Source of the DNA: an uncultured delta proteobacterium
GTDB lineage: Bacteria > Myxococcota_A > UBA9160 > SMWR01
Assembly: GCA_963785985.1 (NCBI GenBank)
Contig: CAWAXD010000024.1
Span: forward strand, 68,885-132,884
DNA: 64,000 nucleotides
Direction: 5' to 3'
This document shows, piece after piece, positions 18,107 through 27,356 of the stretch (positions within the stretch are counted from its first letter, which is position 1; each line of letters begins with the position of its first letter). The notes below the pieces were generated by a model. The model saw nothing but the letters and a program-made list of their open reading frames with translations, made no database searches and had not been told where the DNA came from. Position numbers and translations under genes: made by a program.

Positions 18107-19897
18107 ATGCAGCGTCCGATCCTCGAGCGGGTGTTCCGGTTTCTCCCGGCCGTCGGCTCCTTGCGCGGCTACGGCGCCTTCGACGCGCGCGCCGACGCGC
18201 TGGCGGGGATCACCGTGGCGGCGGTCGCCGTGCCCCAGGCGATGGCGTACGCGATGGTGGCCGGGCTCCCCGCACAGTACGGCCTCTACACCGCGATCGT
18301 GATGACGGCCGTCGGCGCCATCTCCACGTCGTCGCGACAGCTCATCAATGGCCCCACCAACGCGATCTCGATCGCACTGCTCTCCGCGCTCGCCCTGGTC
18401 GAAGGCCAGGACCAGAAGGTCCAGGCCGCCGTGCTGCTGGCCTTCATGGTGGGAGCCATCCAGCTCGGCATCACGCTGCTGCGGCTCGGCGATCTCACCC
18501 GCTACATCTCGCACTCGGTCATCGTGGGCTTCACGCTGGGCGCGAGCGGACTGCTCGTGCTCGATCAGCTGAAGAACCTGTTCGGCCTGCGCGGGGCGAG
18601 CGACGCGCACGCGCATTTCCTGGTGCGCTTCTGGCGCAACCTGAGCGAGGGCGGCGGCATCCATGCGGAAACCGCCGCCATCGGGCTCGGCACGATCGCG
18701 CTGGTGCTCGCGCTGCGCTGGCTGAAGGAGAGGCTCGGCTATCGGCTGCTGCCCGATCTGCTGATCGCGGTGGGCGCGATGGCGACGCTCGTCGCATGGC
18801 TCGGGCTCGAGACGCGCGGCGTCGCGGTGGTCGGCGAGATCCCCGCTCGGCTCCCGGGCTTCGCCACACCCGTTCTCGACGCGGCCGCGATCCGCGAGTT
18901 CTCCACCGCCGCGCTCGCGATCGCGCTGCTGGGCCTGCTCGAGGCGATCGCGATGTCGAAGGCGCTGGCGGCGCAAACGAAACAGCGCGTCGACATGAAC
19001 CAGCAGTGCCTGAGCGAAGGGCTCGCGAACCTCGCCGGGAGCTTCTTCCAGTGCGTGCCGGGCTCGGGGTCGCTCACGCGCTCGGCGATCAACCAACAGG
19101 CCGGCGCGTCGACGCAGTGGGCGGGCGTCGTCTCGGCGGCCGTCGTGGCGCTCACCATGTTCATGTTCGCGCCCTATGCGCGCTTCATCCCGCGCGCAGC
19201 GCTCGCGGGCATCCTGATGCTGACCGCGTGGCGGATGATCGATCGTCACGCGCTGCTCTATCACCTGCGGGCCACGCGTTTCGATGCCGCGATCGTCGCG
19301 ACGACCGCCTTCGCGGCGATCGCCGTCTCGGTCGAGTTCTGCGTCCTGATCGGCGTCTTCATGTCCTTCCTGCTCGCGGTGCCGCGCGCCGGGCGCATGC
19401 TGCTGACCGAGTTCGTGCTGACGCCGGATGGCGGCATCCACGAGCGGCTGCCGGAGGACGAGCCCTGCTCGCGCATGCTGATCTTCGGGCTCGAGGGCGA
19501 GCTTTTCTTCGGAGCGACGGGCAACCTCGAGCAGCACTTCCAGGCCATCGAACAACGCATCACCGAGACCACGCGCGTCCTCGTGCTGCGCATGAAGCGC
19601 GTGCGCAATCCGGACGCCGTCGGCCTCACGCTGCTCGAGGCCTTCGTGCACCGCATCAAGGCGAAGGGCGTACACATCGTGCTGTGCGGCGTCCGCTCCC
19701 AGCTCTACGAGACCATGCAGAAGACGGGACTCGCCGCGCAGCTCGGCGAGAAGGAGGTCTTCCTCGAGCGGCCGGTGCGGCTCACGAGCACGCTGCTGGC
19801 GATCCGCCACGCCTACGAGCTGATCCCGGATCGCTGCCCGACCTGCCCGCGCCGCGACGTCACGGTCGACGAGCGGAGCCTCTACTACAGCATCTGA
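18107..19897 (+). CDS. SulP-family anion (sulfate) permease with C-terminal STAS domain
   Basis: 596 aa: AGITVAAVAVPQAMAYAMVAGLPAQYGLYTAIV... plus a STAS-like tail. Confidence 0.9.
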   Translation: MQRPILERVFRFLPAVGSLRGYGAFDARADALAGITVAAVAVPQAMAYAMVAGLPAQYGLYTAIVMTAVGAISTSSRQLINGPTNAISIALLSALALVEGQDQKVQAAVLLAFMVGAIQLGITLLRLGDLTRYISHSVIVGFTLGASGLLVLDQLKNLFGLRGASDAHAHFLVRFWRNLSEGGGIHAETAAIGLGTIALVLALRWLKERLGYRLLPDLLIAVGAMATLVAWLGLETRGVAVVGEIPARLPGFATPVLDAAAIREFSTAALAIALLGLLEAIAMSKALAAQTKQRVDMNQQCLSEGLANLAGSFFQCVPGSGSLTRSAINQQAGASTQWAGVVSAAVVALTMFMFAPYARFIPRAALAGILMLTAWRMIDRHALLYHLRATRFDAAIVATTAFAAIAVSVEFCVLIGVFMSFLLAVPRAGRMLLTEFVLTPDGGIHERLPEDEPCSRMLIFGLEGELFFGATGNLEQHFQAIEQRITETTRVLVLRMKRVRNPDAVGLTLLEAFVHRIKAKGVHIVLCGVRSQLYETMQKTGLAAQLGEKEVFLERPVRLTSTLLAIRHAYELIPDRCPTCPRRDVTVDERSLYYSI

Positions 19898-19923
19898 AGC
19901 AGCGGTTCCGTAGAATCCCACGC

Positions 19924-20610
19924 ATGAGTCCGCTCCCGGATCCGCGTCTCTCCGCGCTGCTCGAACGTCTGCACGCGCGCAGCGCGGGCGAGAGCCGGGA
20001 GCTCGCGGCTTACTTCGGCGAGCGCGCGCGGGAAGGCTCGCTCGACTGGAACGCCTTCGATGACCGCACCCACGAGTTCCTGAGTGACAAGCTCGTTGCG
20101 CTCGATCGCGACAAGGCGGAGCTCTGCTACGAGCTCTGCCGTTCGCTGCGCGCGAAGCGCGTCGTGGAGGCGGGGACTTCGTACGGAGTCTCGACGCTCT
20201 ATCTCGCCGCCGCCGTGCGCGAGAACGTGAGGCAGGACGGCGGCCAGGGGATCGTGATCGGCACGGAGTACGAGCCGACGAAGGCGCGCGCCGCGCGCGC
20301 CCACTTCGCCGAAGCGGGCCTCTCCGGGTTCATCGATCTGCGCGAGGGCGACCTGCGCGAGACGCTCGCCAGCATCGGCGGGCCCGTCGATTTCGCGTTG
20401 ATCGACATCTGGACGCCGATGGCGCGGCCCGCGCTGGAAAAGATCGCGCCGCACCTGCGCCTCGGCGCGATCGTGATCGCGGACAACACCACGCAGTTTC
20501 GCGAAGCCTATCGCGACTACTTCGCGTTCGTGAACGACCCGGCGAACGGCCTGCGCACGCTCACGCTCCCGTTCGAGGGCGGCCTCGAGCTCACGACGAA
20601 GCACGCGTAG
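19924..20610 (+). CDS. class I SAM-dependent O-methyltransferase
   Basis: ATG 19924 inside ORF 18796..20610, 228 aa. Motif I VVEAGTSYGVSTLYLA and catechol-O-MT-like layout (FALIDIW, IVIADN). Confidence 0.8.
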   Translation: MSPLPDPRLSALLERLHARSAGESRELAAYFGERAREGSLDWNAFDDRTHEFLSDKLVALDRDKAELCYELCRSLRAKRVVEAGTSYGVSTLYLAAAVRENVRQDGGQGIVIGTEYEPTKARAARAHFAEAGLSGFIDLREGDLRETLASIGGPVDFALIDIWTPMARPALEKIAPHLRLGAIVIADNTTQFREAYRDYFAFVNDPANGLRTLTLPFEGGLELTTKHA

Positions 20611-20627
20611 CAGGCGCGAGGCGAAGC

Positions 20628-21521
20628 ATGCGGGATCTCTCGGGCAGAACGGCCGTCGTCACCGGCGCCGGCAGCGGCATCGGCCGCGCGCTGTCCCGGG
20701 CGCTCGCGGCCGAGGGCTGCCGGCTGGCGCTGGTGGACATCGATCCTGCGGGCCTCGACGAGACGCGGCGCCTGCTCGCCGATGTTCCGGTCAGCACGCA
20801 CCTGGCGAACGTCGCCGATCGCGAGCGCATGGCGGCGCTTCCCGCCGAGATCCAGGCCGAGCACGGCGCCATCCACCTGCTCTTCAACAACGCCGGCGTC
20901 ACCATCAGCGAGTCGTTCGAAGACAGCTCGCTCGCGAGGCTCGAGCTCGTGATCGGCGTCAATCTCTGGGGAGTCCTCTACGGCTGCCACTACTTCCTCC
21001 CGTACCTGAAGCAGGCCGGCGAAGCCCAGATCGTGAACACCTCGAGCATGGCCGGCTTCCTGGGCCTGCCCAATCAGGCCAGCTACTCGCTCACCAAGGC
21101 GGCCGTCAAGTCCTTGAGCGAGACGCTGCGCGTGGAGCTGGCCGGACACGGCATTGGCGTCACCAGCCTGCATCCCGGTGCGATCAAGACCAACATCATG
21201 AAGGCGGCCGCGGGCTACGGCGGCGATGCCGAAGAGACGGCGCGGCTGGAAAAGCTGGTCATGCGCTTCGGCATGGCGCCCGAGAAGCTGGCAGCCAGGG
21301 CGATCCGTGCGGTGAAGCGCAACCGCATGCGCCAGCGGATCGGATTCGATGCCTATCTGGTGGATTGGCTGAAGCGGCTGCTGCCGGTGGCGATCCATGC
21401 GCCGTTTCGCTGGGCGTTCACGCGCGCGGCGAGCGTCCGGGCGGAAAACGTCAGGGCGCAGCCTGGTGGTGGCGCTGCCACGTCTGGAAGCTCTGACCCG
21501 AGGCCGGATCGCGGCCGCTGA
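20628..21521 (+). CDS. SDR-family oxidoreductase
   Basis: 297 aa: TGAGSGIGRA (TGxxxGxG), NNAG, and catalytic YSLTKAAV (YxxxK). Confidence 0.9.
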   Translation: MRDLSGRTAVVTGAGSGIGRALSRALAAEGCRLALVDIDPAGLDETRRLLADVPVSTHLANVADRERMAALPAEIQAEHGAIHLLFNNAGVTISESFEDSSLARLELVIGVNLWGVLYGCHYFLPYLKQAGEAQIVNTSSMAGFLGLPNQASYSLTKAAVKSLSETLRVELAGHGIGVTSLHPGAIKTNIMKAAAGYGGDAEETARLEKLVMRFGMAPEKLAARAIRAVKRNRMRQRIGFDAYLVDWLKRLLPVAIHAPFRWAFTRAASVRAENVRAQPGGGAATSGSSDPRPDRGR

Positions 21522-21533
21522 GCGCGGCGCGCC

Positions 21534-21887
21534 CTACGGCGCCGGCGCCTCACCCGGCTCCACCTCGATCTTCACCTCGGGCTGCATCTCGACGAACGTC
21601 ACCCGGGAGCAGAGGTCAGCGGGGTCGAGCACGCTCTTGCCGTCCTGCTCGCGGCTCTCGAACACCAGCATCTGCGACTGGTACCCGCCTCCCTTCAGGA
21701 AGACCGTGTGCGGCTGGTCTTTCGCCAGCTTCATCGTCTTGGGTGAGCCTTCGAGCAGGCGCCCGTCGACGTAGACCATCACGTTTTTCGGCACGCACTC
21801 GAGCGAGACGCGCTGGCCGGTGGCGCAGCCGAAGGCTGCCGCGACGGCGGTGGCGACGAGCGCGGCGCGGATCAGAGGGCGAGGCAT
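21534..21887 (-). CDS. PEGA-like domain lipoprotein
   Basis: ATG 21887 inside ORF 21534..22250, 117 aa. Lipobox AAAFGC, then VMVYVDGRLLEGSPKTMKL...HTVFLKGGGYQSQ (PEGA-type beta-sandwich pattern). Confidence 0.6.
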   Translation of the reverse strand: MPRPLIRAALVATAVAAAFGCATGQRVSLECVPKNVMVYVDGRLLEGSPKTMKLAKDQPHTVFLKGGGYQSQMLVFESREQDGKSVLDPADLCSRVTFVEMQPEVKIEVEPGEAPAP

Positions 21888-22011
21888 GGCGCGAAGCGTA
21901 GCGGAGTCCGCGCGGGCGCTCGTCGCCGGAGCGAGCCGGCGCAACGCCCCTCCCCTGACGGCCGACGCGCGCCCGAACGGACCCTGCGTTCGTCGCCTAC
22001 ACTCCCGCGTC

Positions 22012-23286
22012 GTGTCGGCCCTCCGGACCCTACCCCCCGAGCTCCTGACGCACGTGCCCGGCCCGCGCTCGCTCGCGCTCGCCAGCCGCCTCGCCGCGTG
22101 CGAGAGCCGCAACGTCACGGCGCTGACACCCACTCCCATCTTCTGGGAGCGCGCGCAGGGCGCCAACGTCTGGGATGCCGACGGCAATCGCTTCATCGAT
22201 CTGACGGCCGGCTTCGGCGTCGCGAACGTGGGGCACGCCCACCCTCGCATCGTCGCGGCCGTGCGCGAGCAAGCCGAGCGGCTGCTGCACGGACTCGGCG
22301 ACGTGCATCCGCCCGCCGTGAAGGTCGAGCTGCTCGAAGCCCTCGTGCGCCGCTATCCGGGCGGCGTTCCCGCGCGCGGCGTGCTCGGCTCCTCCGGCTC
22401 GGACGCGGTCGAGGCGGCGCTCAAGACCGCGCTGCTCGCGAGCGGGCGGGCGGGCGTGGTGGCGTTCGAGGGCGCGTATCACGGCCTCACGCTGGGCGCG
22501 CTCGACGCCACCTGGCGCCAGGACTTCCGCGCCCCGTTCGCGGCGCGGCTGCCGGGCGCGACGGTCTTCGCGCGCTTTGGCGACGCCGCGGACGTCCGGC
22601 GCGCGGCGAGCACGTGCCGCGTCCCGGTCGGCGCGCTGCTCGTCGAGCCCATCCAGGGACGCGGCGGTGAGCGCATTCCGCCGCGCGGCTTCCTGGCCGC
22701 GCTGCGCGACTTGTGCGACGCGGAGGGCTGGCTGCTGATCGCGGACGAGGTCTACACCGGATTCGGTCGCACGGGGCGCTGGTTCGCGTGCGAGCACGAG
22801 GGCGTGATTCCCGATCTGCTGTGCGTGGGGAAGGGCCTCGCCTCCGGCATGCCGATCTCGGCGTGCCTCGGACGGCTCGCGGTGATGGAGGCCTGGCCGG
22901 CGTCGCACGGCGAGGCGCTGCACACGCAGACCTTCCTCGGTCATCCGCCCGGCTGCGCGGCGGCGCTCGCCTCGCTCGCCGTGATCGAGGAGGAGAAGCT
23001 CGTCGAACGCGCGGCCGAGACCGGCGCGCGCGCGCTCGCCCATCTGACCCGGCGCTGCGCCGGTCGCACCGGTTGCGCCGACGTGCGCGGCCTCGGGCTC
23101 CTGCTCGCGATCGAGTGCGACACGCCCGAGCGCGCCGCGCGCGCCTGCGCCGAGGCGCTGGCCCGCGGCGTGATCGTGCTGCCGTCGGGCGACGACGGGC
23201 GCGTGCTCTCGATCACCCCGCCGCTCGCGATCGAGCCGGAGCTGCTCGAGCTCGCGCTCGACCGGCTCGTGGAAACGCTCGCATGA
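22012..23286 (+). CDS. class-III (omega-type) PLP aminotransferase
   Basis: Lies in ORF 21820..23286. ANVWDADGNRFIDLTAGFGVANVGH, SGSDAVEAALK, LLIADEVYTGFGRTGRWFA, GKGLASGMP (PLP lysine). Start provisionally GTG 22012. ATG 21886 would collide with the divergent lipoprotein start. Confidence 0.85.
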   Translation: MSALRTLPPELLTHVPGPRSLALASRLAACESRNVTALTPTPIFWERAQGANVWDADGNRFIDLTAGFGVANVGHAHPRIVAAVREQAERLLHGLGDVHPPAVKVELLEALVRRYPGGVPARGVLGSSGSDAVEAALKTALLASGRAGVVAFEGAYHGLTLGALDATWRQDFRAPFAARLPGATVFARFGDAADVRRAASTCRVPVGALLVEPIQGRGGERIPPRGFLAALRDLCDAEGWLLIADEVYTGFGRTGRWFACEHEGVIPDLLCVGKGLASGMPISACLGRLAVMEAWPASHGEALHTQTFLGHPPGCAAALASLAVIEEEKLVERAAETGARALAHLTRRCAGRTGCADVRGLGLLLAIECDTPERAARACAEALARGVIVLPSGDDGRVLSITPPLAIEPELLELALDRLVETLA

Positions 23287-24399
23287 TGCGCGGCCCCGAC
23301 CCGGCGCGCAGGGATCTCGACGCGCGCGTGCTCGCGTGGATGCGAGAGCCTGTCTGGCGCTCGGACGACGCGCGCTTCGAGGCGCTCGCGCTCGAGCTCT
23401 TCGCGTTCCAATGGGAACGCTGTCTGCCCTATCGGCGCTTCTGCGAAGGCCGCGGCGTGCATCCGTCGCGGGTCTCGCGCTGGCAGGAGATCCCCGCCGT
23501 GCCGACGGGAGCCTTCAAGGAGCTCGAGCTGCGCAGCTTCCCGGCGCAGCTCTCGAGCCACGTGTTCCGCACGAGCGGCACCGCGACCTCCGCGCGCGGC
23601 GCCCTGCACCTCGACACGCTCGAGCTCTACGAGGCGTCGCTGCTGCCGAGCTTCGCGCGTTTCGTGCTGCCCGATCTCGCGCAGGGCGAACGCCTGCCGA
23701 TCCTCGTGCTCGCGCCGTCCCCGCGCGAGGCCCCGGACTCCTCGCTCTCGCACATGTTCGGCGTGCTGCTGCGGGAGCTCGGAACGCCGGAGAGCGGATT
23801 CTTCCTGCGCGAGGGAGTCCTGCGCAGCGACGAGCTGCTCGCCGCGCTCGCGCGAGCTGGAGAACAGGGCGGCCGCGTCGCCATGTGCGGCACCGCGTTC
23901 GCGTTCGTCTTCCTGCTCGACGAGCTCGCGCGCCGCGGACGCGCGCTCGCGCTTCCGCCCGGCGCGCGCATCATGGAGACCGGGGGCTTCAAGGGCCGCT
24001 CGCGCGAGCTCGGCCGCGACTTCGCTCTACGCCGAGATCGAGGCGCGCCTCGGCGTGCCCGCCGCGCGCATCGTGAATCAATATGGAATGACGGAGCTCG
24101 GCAGCCAGTTCCACGATTCGCAGCTGCGTCTGCCGTACGAGCCGCGCCGCAAGCTCGGCCCGCCCTGGGCGCGCGTGAAGCTCGTCGAGCCCGTGGGCGG
24201 CGGCCCGGCGCCCGAGAACGAGCTGGGCGCAATCGCCGTCGTCGATCTCGCCAATACCGGCAGCGTGCTCGCGCTGCAAACGGCCGATCTCGGTCGCCGG
24301 ATCGGCGACGGCTTCGACGTGCTCGGACGCGAGCCGGGCGCCGAGGCGCGCGGCTGCTCGATCGCAGCCGAGGAGCTGCTCGGCCAGGCGGGCACATGA
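23283..24399 (+). CDS. LuxE-like acyl-protein synthetase (fatty-acid activating), reading frame interrupted by an apparent +1 shift near 24018-24027
   Basis: First frame (23283 to about 24023): ...LELFAFQWERCLPYRRFCEGRGV...IPAVPTGAFK...FRTSGTATSARG...IMETGGFKGRSRE. It continues in the next frame (24025-24399): LYAEIEARLGVPAARIVNQYGMTELGSQF...ARGCSIAAEELL. The two parts are colinear with Vibrio LuxE. The ATG overlaps the upstream stop (ATGA 23283-23286). Confidence 0.75.
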
Positions 24400-25677
24400 C
24401 ACGAGAGGACGTCATGAATCGGCTCGCGGAGCTGCGCGAGGCGGGCGTCAAGCTGCGGCGCCGCCCGGCGCGCGACACGCTCGCGTCGCTCGCGCGGGTC
24501 CTCGAGGCTGTGGCGCGATCCGGGCTCGCCGTGGCGGCGACGGCTCGCGGCGGAGCTGCCGGGCGTCACGGGCTTTTCGGCCGAGAACGTGTGCGAGGGT
24601 CTCGCGCGCGGGCTGGCGTCGTGGAACGGCGAGGCCCTGCTCGCGCTCGCCCGAGCCGAGCTGGGGGATCCCGCGCGCGCCGATGCCGCGGGCAGCAGCA
24701 TGCTGTCGGGCTTCGACGTGACGGCCGTCGTGCTGGCGGGCTCGATCCCGCAGCCGACGCTCGTCGCGCTCCTCGCCCCGCTGGTGCTGCGCTCGCCGGT
24801 GCTTGCGAAGCCGGCGTCGCGCGATCCGGTGACGCCCGGGCTGGTGGCCGAGTCGATCGCGGCCGTCGACGCGGAGCTCGGCCGCTGCATCGCCATCGCC
24901 ACTTTCGGATCGCACGACGAAGCCGGCCTCGGCGCGCTGCTCGAGGCGGATTGCGTCGCCGCGACGGGCGCGGACGCGAGCATCGCCGCGCTCGCCGCGC
25001 GCGTGCGGCCGCCGCGCCGCTTCATCCCGTCCGGTCATCGCCTGTCGGTCGCGGCGCTGGGTCCGGAGGCGCTCGCGGGCGATGCGCTCGCAGCCGCGGC
25101 CGAAGCCATCGCGCTCGACGTAGCGCTGTGGGATCAGCTGGGCTGCCTGTCGCCGCTCTCGGTCTACGCGGTCGGCGGCTCCGACACGGCGCCGGATCGG
25201 CTGGCCGAGCGACTCGCGCAAGCCCTCGAGGCGCTCGAGCGCCGCTTGCCGCGCGGCAAGCCCGAGGCCGCCGCCGCGGCTGCGTTCCGGGTCGAGTGCG
25301 ATGCCGCCGAGCTGCGGGCGGCCGCGGGAGAACGCGTGCGGCTATTCGGCGGTGCGCCGCAGCGCTTCGCCGTGGTGCGCGAGTCGGATGCCGGCCTGCG
25401 CCCGGCCCCGCTCCACCGCTTCGTCCGCGTGCACCCTGTAGCTGACTTGCCGGCGCTGCTCGCGGCGCTGCGGCCGCTCGCGCCGCATCTGGCGGGCGTC
25501 GCGCTGGCTGGCTTCGGCGCCGGCGCCGACGCCGTCGCGCGCGGCCTCGCCGACCTCGGCGCCTCGCGCCTGTGCCGGCCCGGGGAGCTCCAGGCGCCGC
25601 CGCTCGCCTGGCGCCACGAAAATCGCCCGGTGTTGCTGCCCTTCGCGCGCTTTACGGATCGCGAAGCCTGGGAGTAG
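24396..25677 (+). CDS. LuxC-like acyl-CoA/acyl-protein reductase (aldehyde-forming), reading frame interrupted by an apparent +1 shift near 24510
   Basis: ATG 24396 overlaps the luxE-like stop (ATGA). N-terminus MTREDVMNRLAELREAGVKLRRRPARDTLASLARVLEA is in one frame. It continues in the next frame as WRDPGSPWRRRLAAELPGVTGFSAENVCEGL... (ORF 24589..25677), with the candidate catalytic Cys in WDQLGCLSP. Confidence 0.75.
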
Positions 25678-25678
25678 A

Positions 25679-27226
25679 GTGGGACCCTTGAAGATCTACC
25701 TCGTCACGCCTCGGAATCCCACGAGCTTCTGGACCTACGACGAGATCCTTCCGGTCCTCGGCAAGCGCTGCATCTTCCCGAATCTCTCGATGCCGACGAT
25801 CGCCGGGCTCACGCCGCCGCCGCACGAAGTCGTGCTGTGCGACGAGAACGTCGAAGACATCAACTTCGATTTCGACACCGACATCGTCGGCGTCACGGGC
25901 TACATCGTCCACCGCGAGCGCATGTTCGAGATCATCGACGAGTTCCGGCGCCGCGGCCGCTTCGTCGTGGTGGGTGGGCCCTTCGCGAGCTTGTGTCCCG
26001 AGCAGCTGCGCGACCGCTGCGATGCGCTGTTCGTCGAGGAGGCCGAGGAGACCTGGAGCGCCTTCCTCGCCGATTTCGAGGCGGGCGCTCCGAAGCGCGA
26101 GTACCGGCCGGACGAGAAGCCGGACATGACGCGCTCGCCGACGCCACGCTTTGATTTGCTGCGCGTCGATCGCTACCACGCGCTCACCATCCAGTTCGCG
26201 CGCGGCTGCCCCTTCAATTGCGAGTTCTGCGACATCATCGTCGTCTACGGACGCCGCCCGCGCGCAAAGAGCGTCGATCAGGTGATGCGCGAGGTGCGCG
26301 AGTGTCACCGCCTCGGCGCGCGGCAGGTCTTCATCGTCGATGACAACTTCATCGGGAACAAGAAGCTCGCGAAGGAGCTGTTGCGCGAGCTCGCGCGCTT
26401 CGGGAGCGAGCACGGCTATCCGCTCGATTTCCAGACCGAGGCGTCGCTCAACGTCGCGCAGGACGACGAGCTGCTCGCGCTCCTGCGCGCCGCGAACTTC
26501 ACGACGATCTTCATCGGGATCGAGAGCCCGCGCAAAGCCTCGCTCGCGGAATCGAAGAAGACGCAGAACCTGCGCGGAGATCTGGTCGAGAACGTGCGCC
26601 GGGTCCAGTCCTACGGCATCCAGGTGCAGGCCGGCATGATCGTCGGCTTCGATCACGACGACACCGGCATCTTCGAGGAGCAGCTGCGCTTCATCCAGGA
26701 AGCCCGGATTCCCGTCTCGATGACCGGGATGCTGCAAGCGATGCCGAAGACGCCGCTCTACGACCGCATCGAGCGCGAAGGACGCCTGCTCACGGAATCG
26801 ACGGGGGATCAGTTCGTGCTCTCGAACGTCCTCCCCAGCCAGATGAGCCGGCGCGCGCTCTACGAGGGCTATCGCTGGCTGGCCGAGCAGCTCTACGACT
26901 TCCGCAACTACCGCGAGCGCACGCTGGCGTTCCTGATGAACCGCGGCACGCAGATCCACGGCGGCCGGAACCTGCGCCCGGGCGATCTGAAGCGGCTCGC
27001 GAGCGTGCTGCGCGACACCGTCCTGCTCGGAGGTCCGCGGCGCGCCTGGTTCACGCTCTCGCTGCTCGGGGCGACGCTCCTGCGCCGGCCGTCCGTGCTC
27101 AAGGAGGCGGTTTCCTTCGCCATCGTCCACAAGGCGTTCTACGCGTACATGCGCCAGCTGCAGACGGTCCTCGACGCGGCGCTGCGCGAGTTCGAGCCCG
27201 CCGCCGAGCCCGATCCGATCCCGTAA
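25679..27226 (+). CDS. B12-binding-domain radical SAM protein with DUF4070-type C-terminal extension
   Basis: 515 aa. N-terminal cobalamin-binding Rossmann-like region, CPFNCEFCD (CxxxCxxC), and a long helical tail. GTG 25679 lies 1 nt after the luxC-like stop. Confidence 0.88.
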   Translation: MGPLKIYLVTPRNPTSFWTYDEILPVLGKRCIFPNLSMPTIAGLTPPPHEVVLCDENVEDINFDFDTDIVGVTGYIVHRERMFEIIDEFRRRGRFVVVGGPFASLCPEQLRDRCDALFVEEAEETWSAFLADFEAGAPKREYRPDEKPDMTRSPTPRFDLLRVDRYHALTIQFARGCPFNCEFCDIIVVYGRRPRAKSVDQVMREVRECHRLGARQVFIVDDNFIGNKKLAKELLRELARFGSEHGYPLDFQTEASLNVAQDDELLALLRAANFTTIFIGIESPRKASLAESKKTQNLRGDLVENVRRVQSYGIQVQAGMIVGFDHDDTGIFEEQLRFIQEARIPVSMTGMLQAMPKTPLYDRIEREGRLLTESTGDQFVLSNVLPSQMSRRALYEGYRWLAEQLYDFRNYRERTLAFLMNRGTQIHGGRNLRPGDLKRLASVLRDTVLLGGPRRAWFTLSLLGATLLRRPSVLKEAVSFAIVHKAFYAYMRQLQTVLDAALREFEPAAEPDPIP

Positions 27227-27240
27227 CCATATGGATATGA

Positions 27241-27318
27241 TTGCTTTATTGGCTTTTCTCCGGGAGAATCCAGATCTGGGACCGATCCGGTCCCCCATTT
27301 ACAGGACCAATCTGGTCC
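27241..27318 (+). promoter_or_regulatory. putative sigma70-type promoter plus tandem palindromic operators upstream of the Rrf2 suf regulator
   Basis: TTGCTT(27241)-N17-GAGAAT(27264). This is followed by CCAGATCTGG (27270-27279), GGGACCG-ATC-CGGTCCC (27278-27294) and GGACCA-ATC-TGGTCC (27304-27318). The start codon is 39 nt further on. Confidence 0.6.
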
Positions 27319-27356
27319 GATAAGCTTCTGGCTGGTTTCAGGTCGAGGACCCCCGC

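Noticed and set aside
21820-22011. Longer start (ATG 21820 or 21886) for the class-III aminotransferase.
   Set aside because: It would overlap the divergent lipoprotein gene start (21887). The conserved aminotransferase sequence begins after 22012. The exact start is still uncertain.
22713-25445. A 910-aa continuous ORF spanning the luxE-like and luxC-like region.
   Set aside because: It is a composite. Only 23283 to about 24023 and 24396 to about 24509 of this frame encode conserved protein. The rest is Arg/Ala-rich nonsense, and the conserved LuxE and LuxC blocks continue in the next frame.
25679-27356. RiPP interpretation of the B12 radical-SAM gene, with a search for a precursor peptide beside it.
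   Set aside because: No small ORF with a ribosome-binding site lies on either side. Downstream is the suf regulator promoter, and upstream the gene is coupled to the luxC-like gene. A small-molecule or lipid substrate is more likely.
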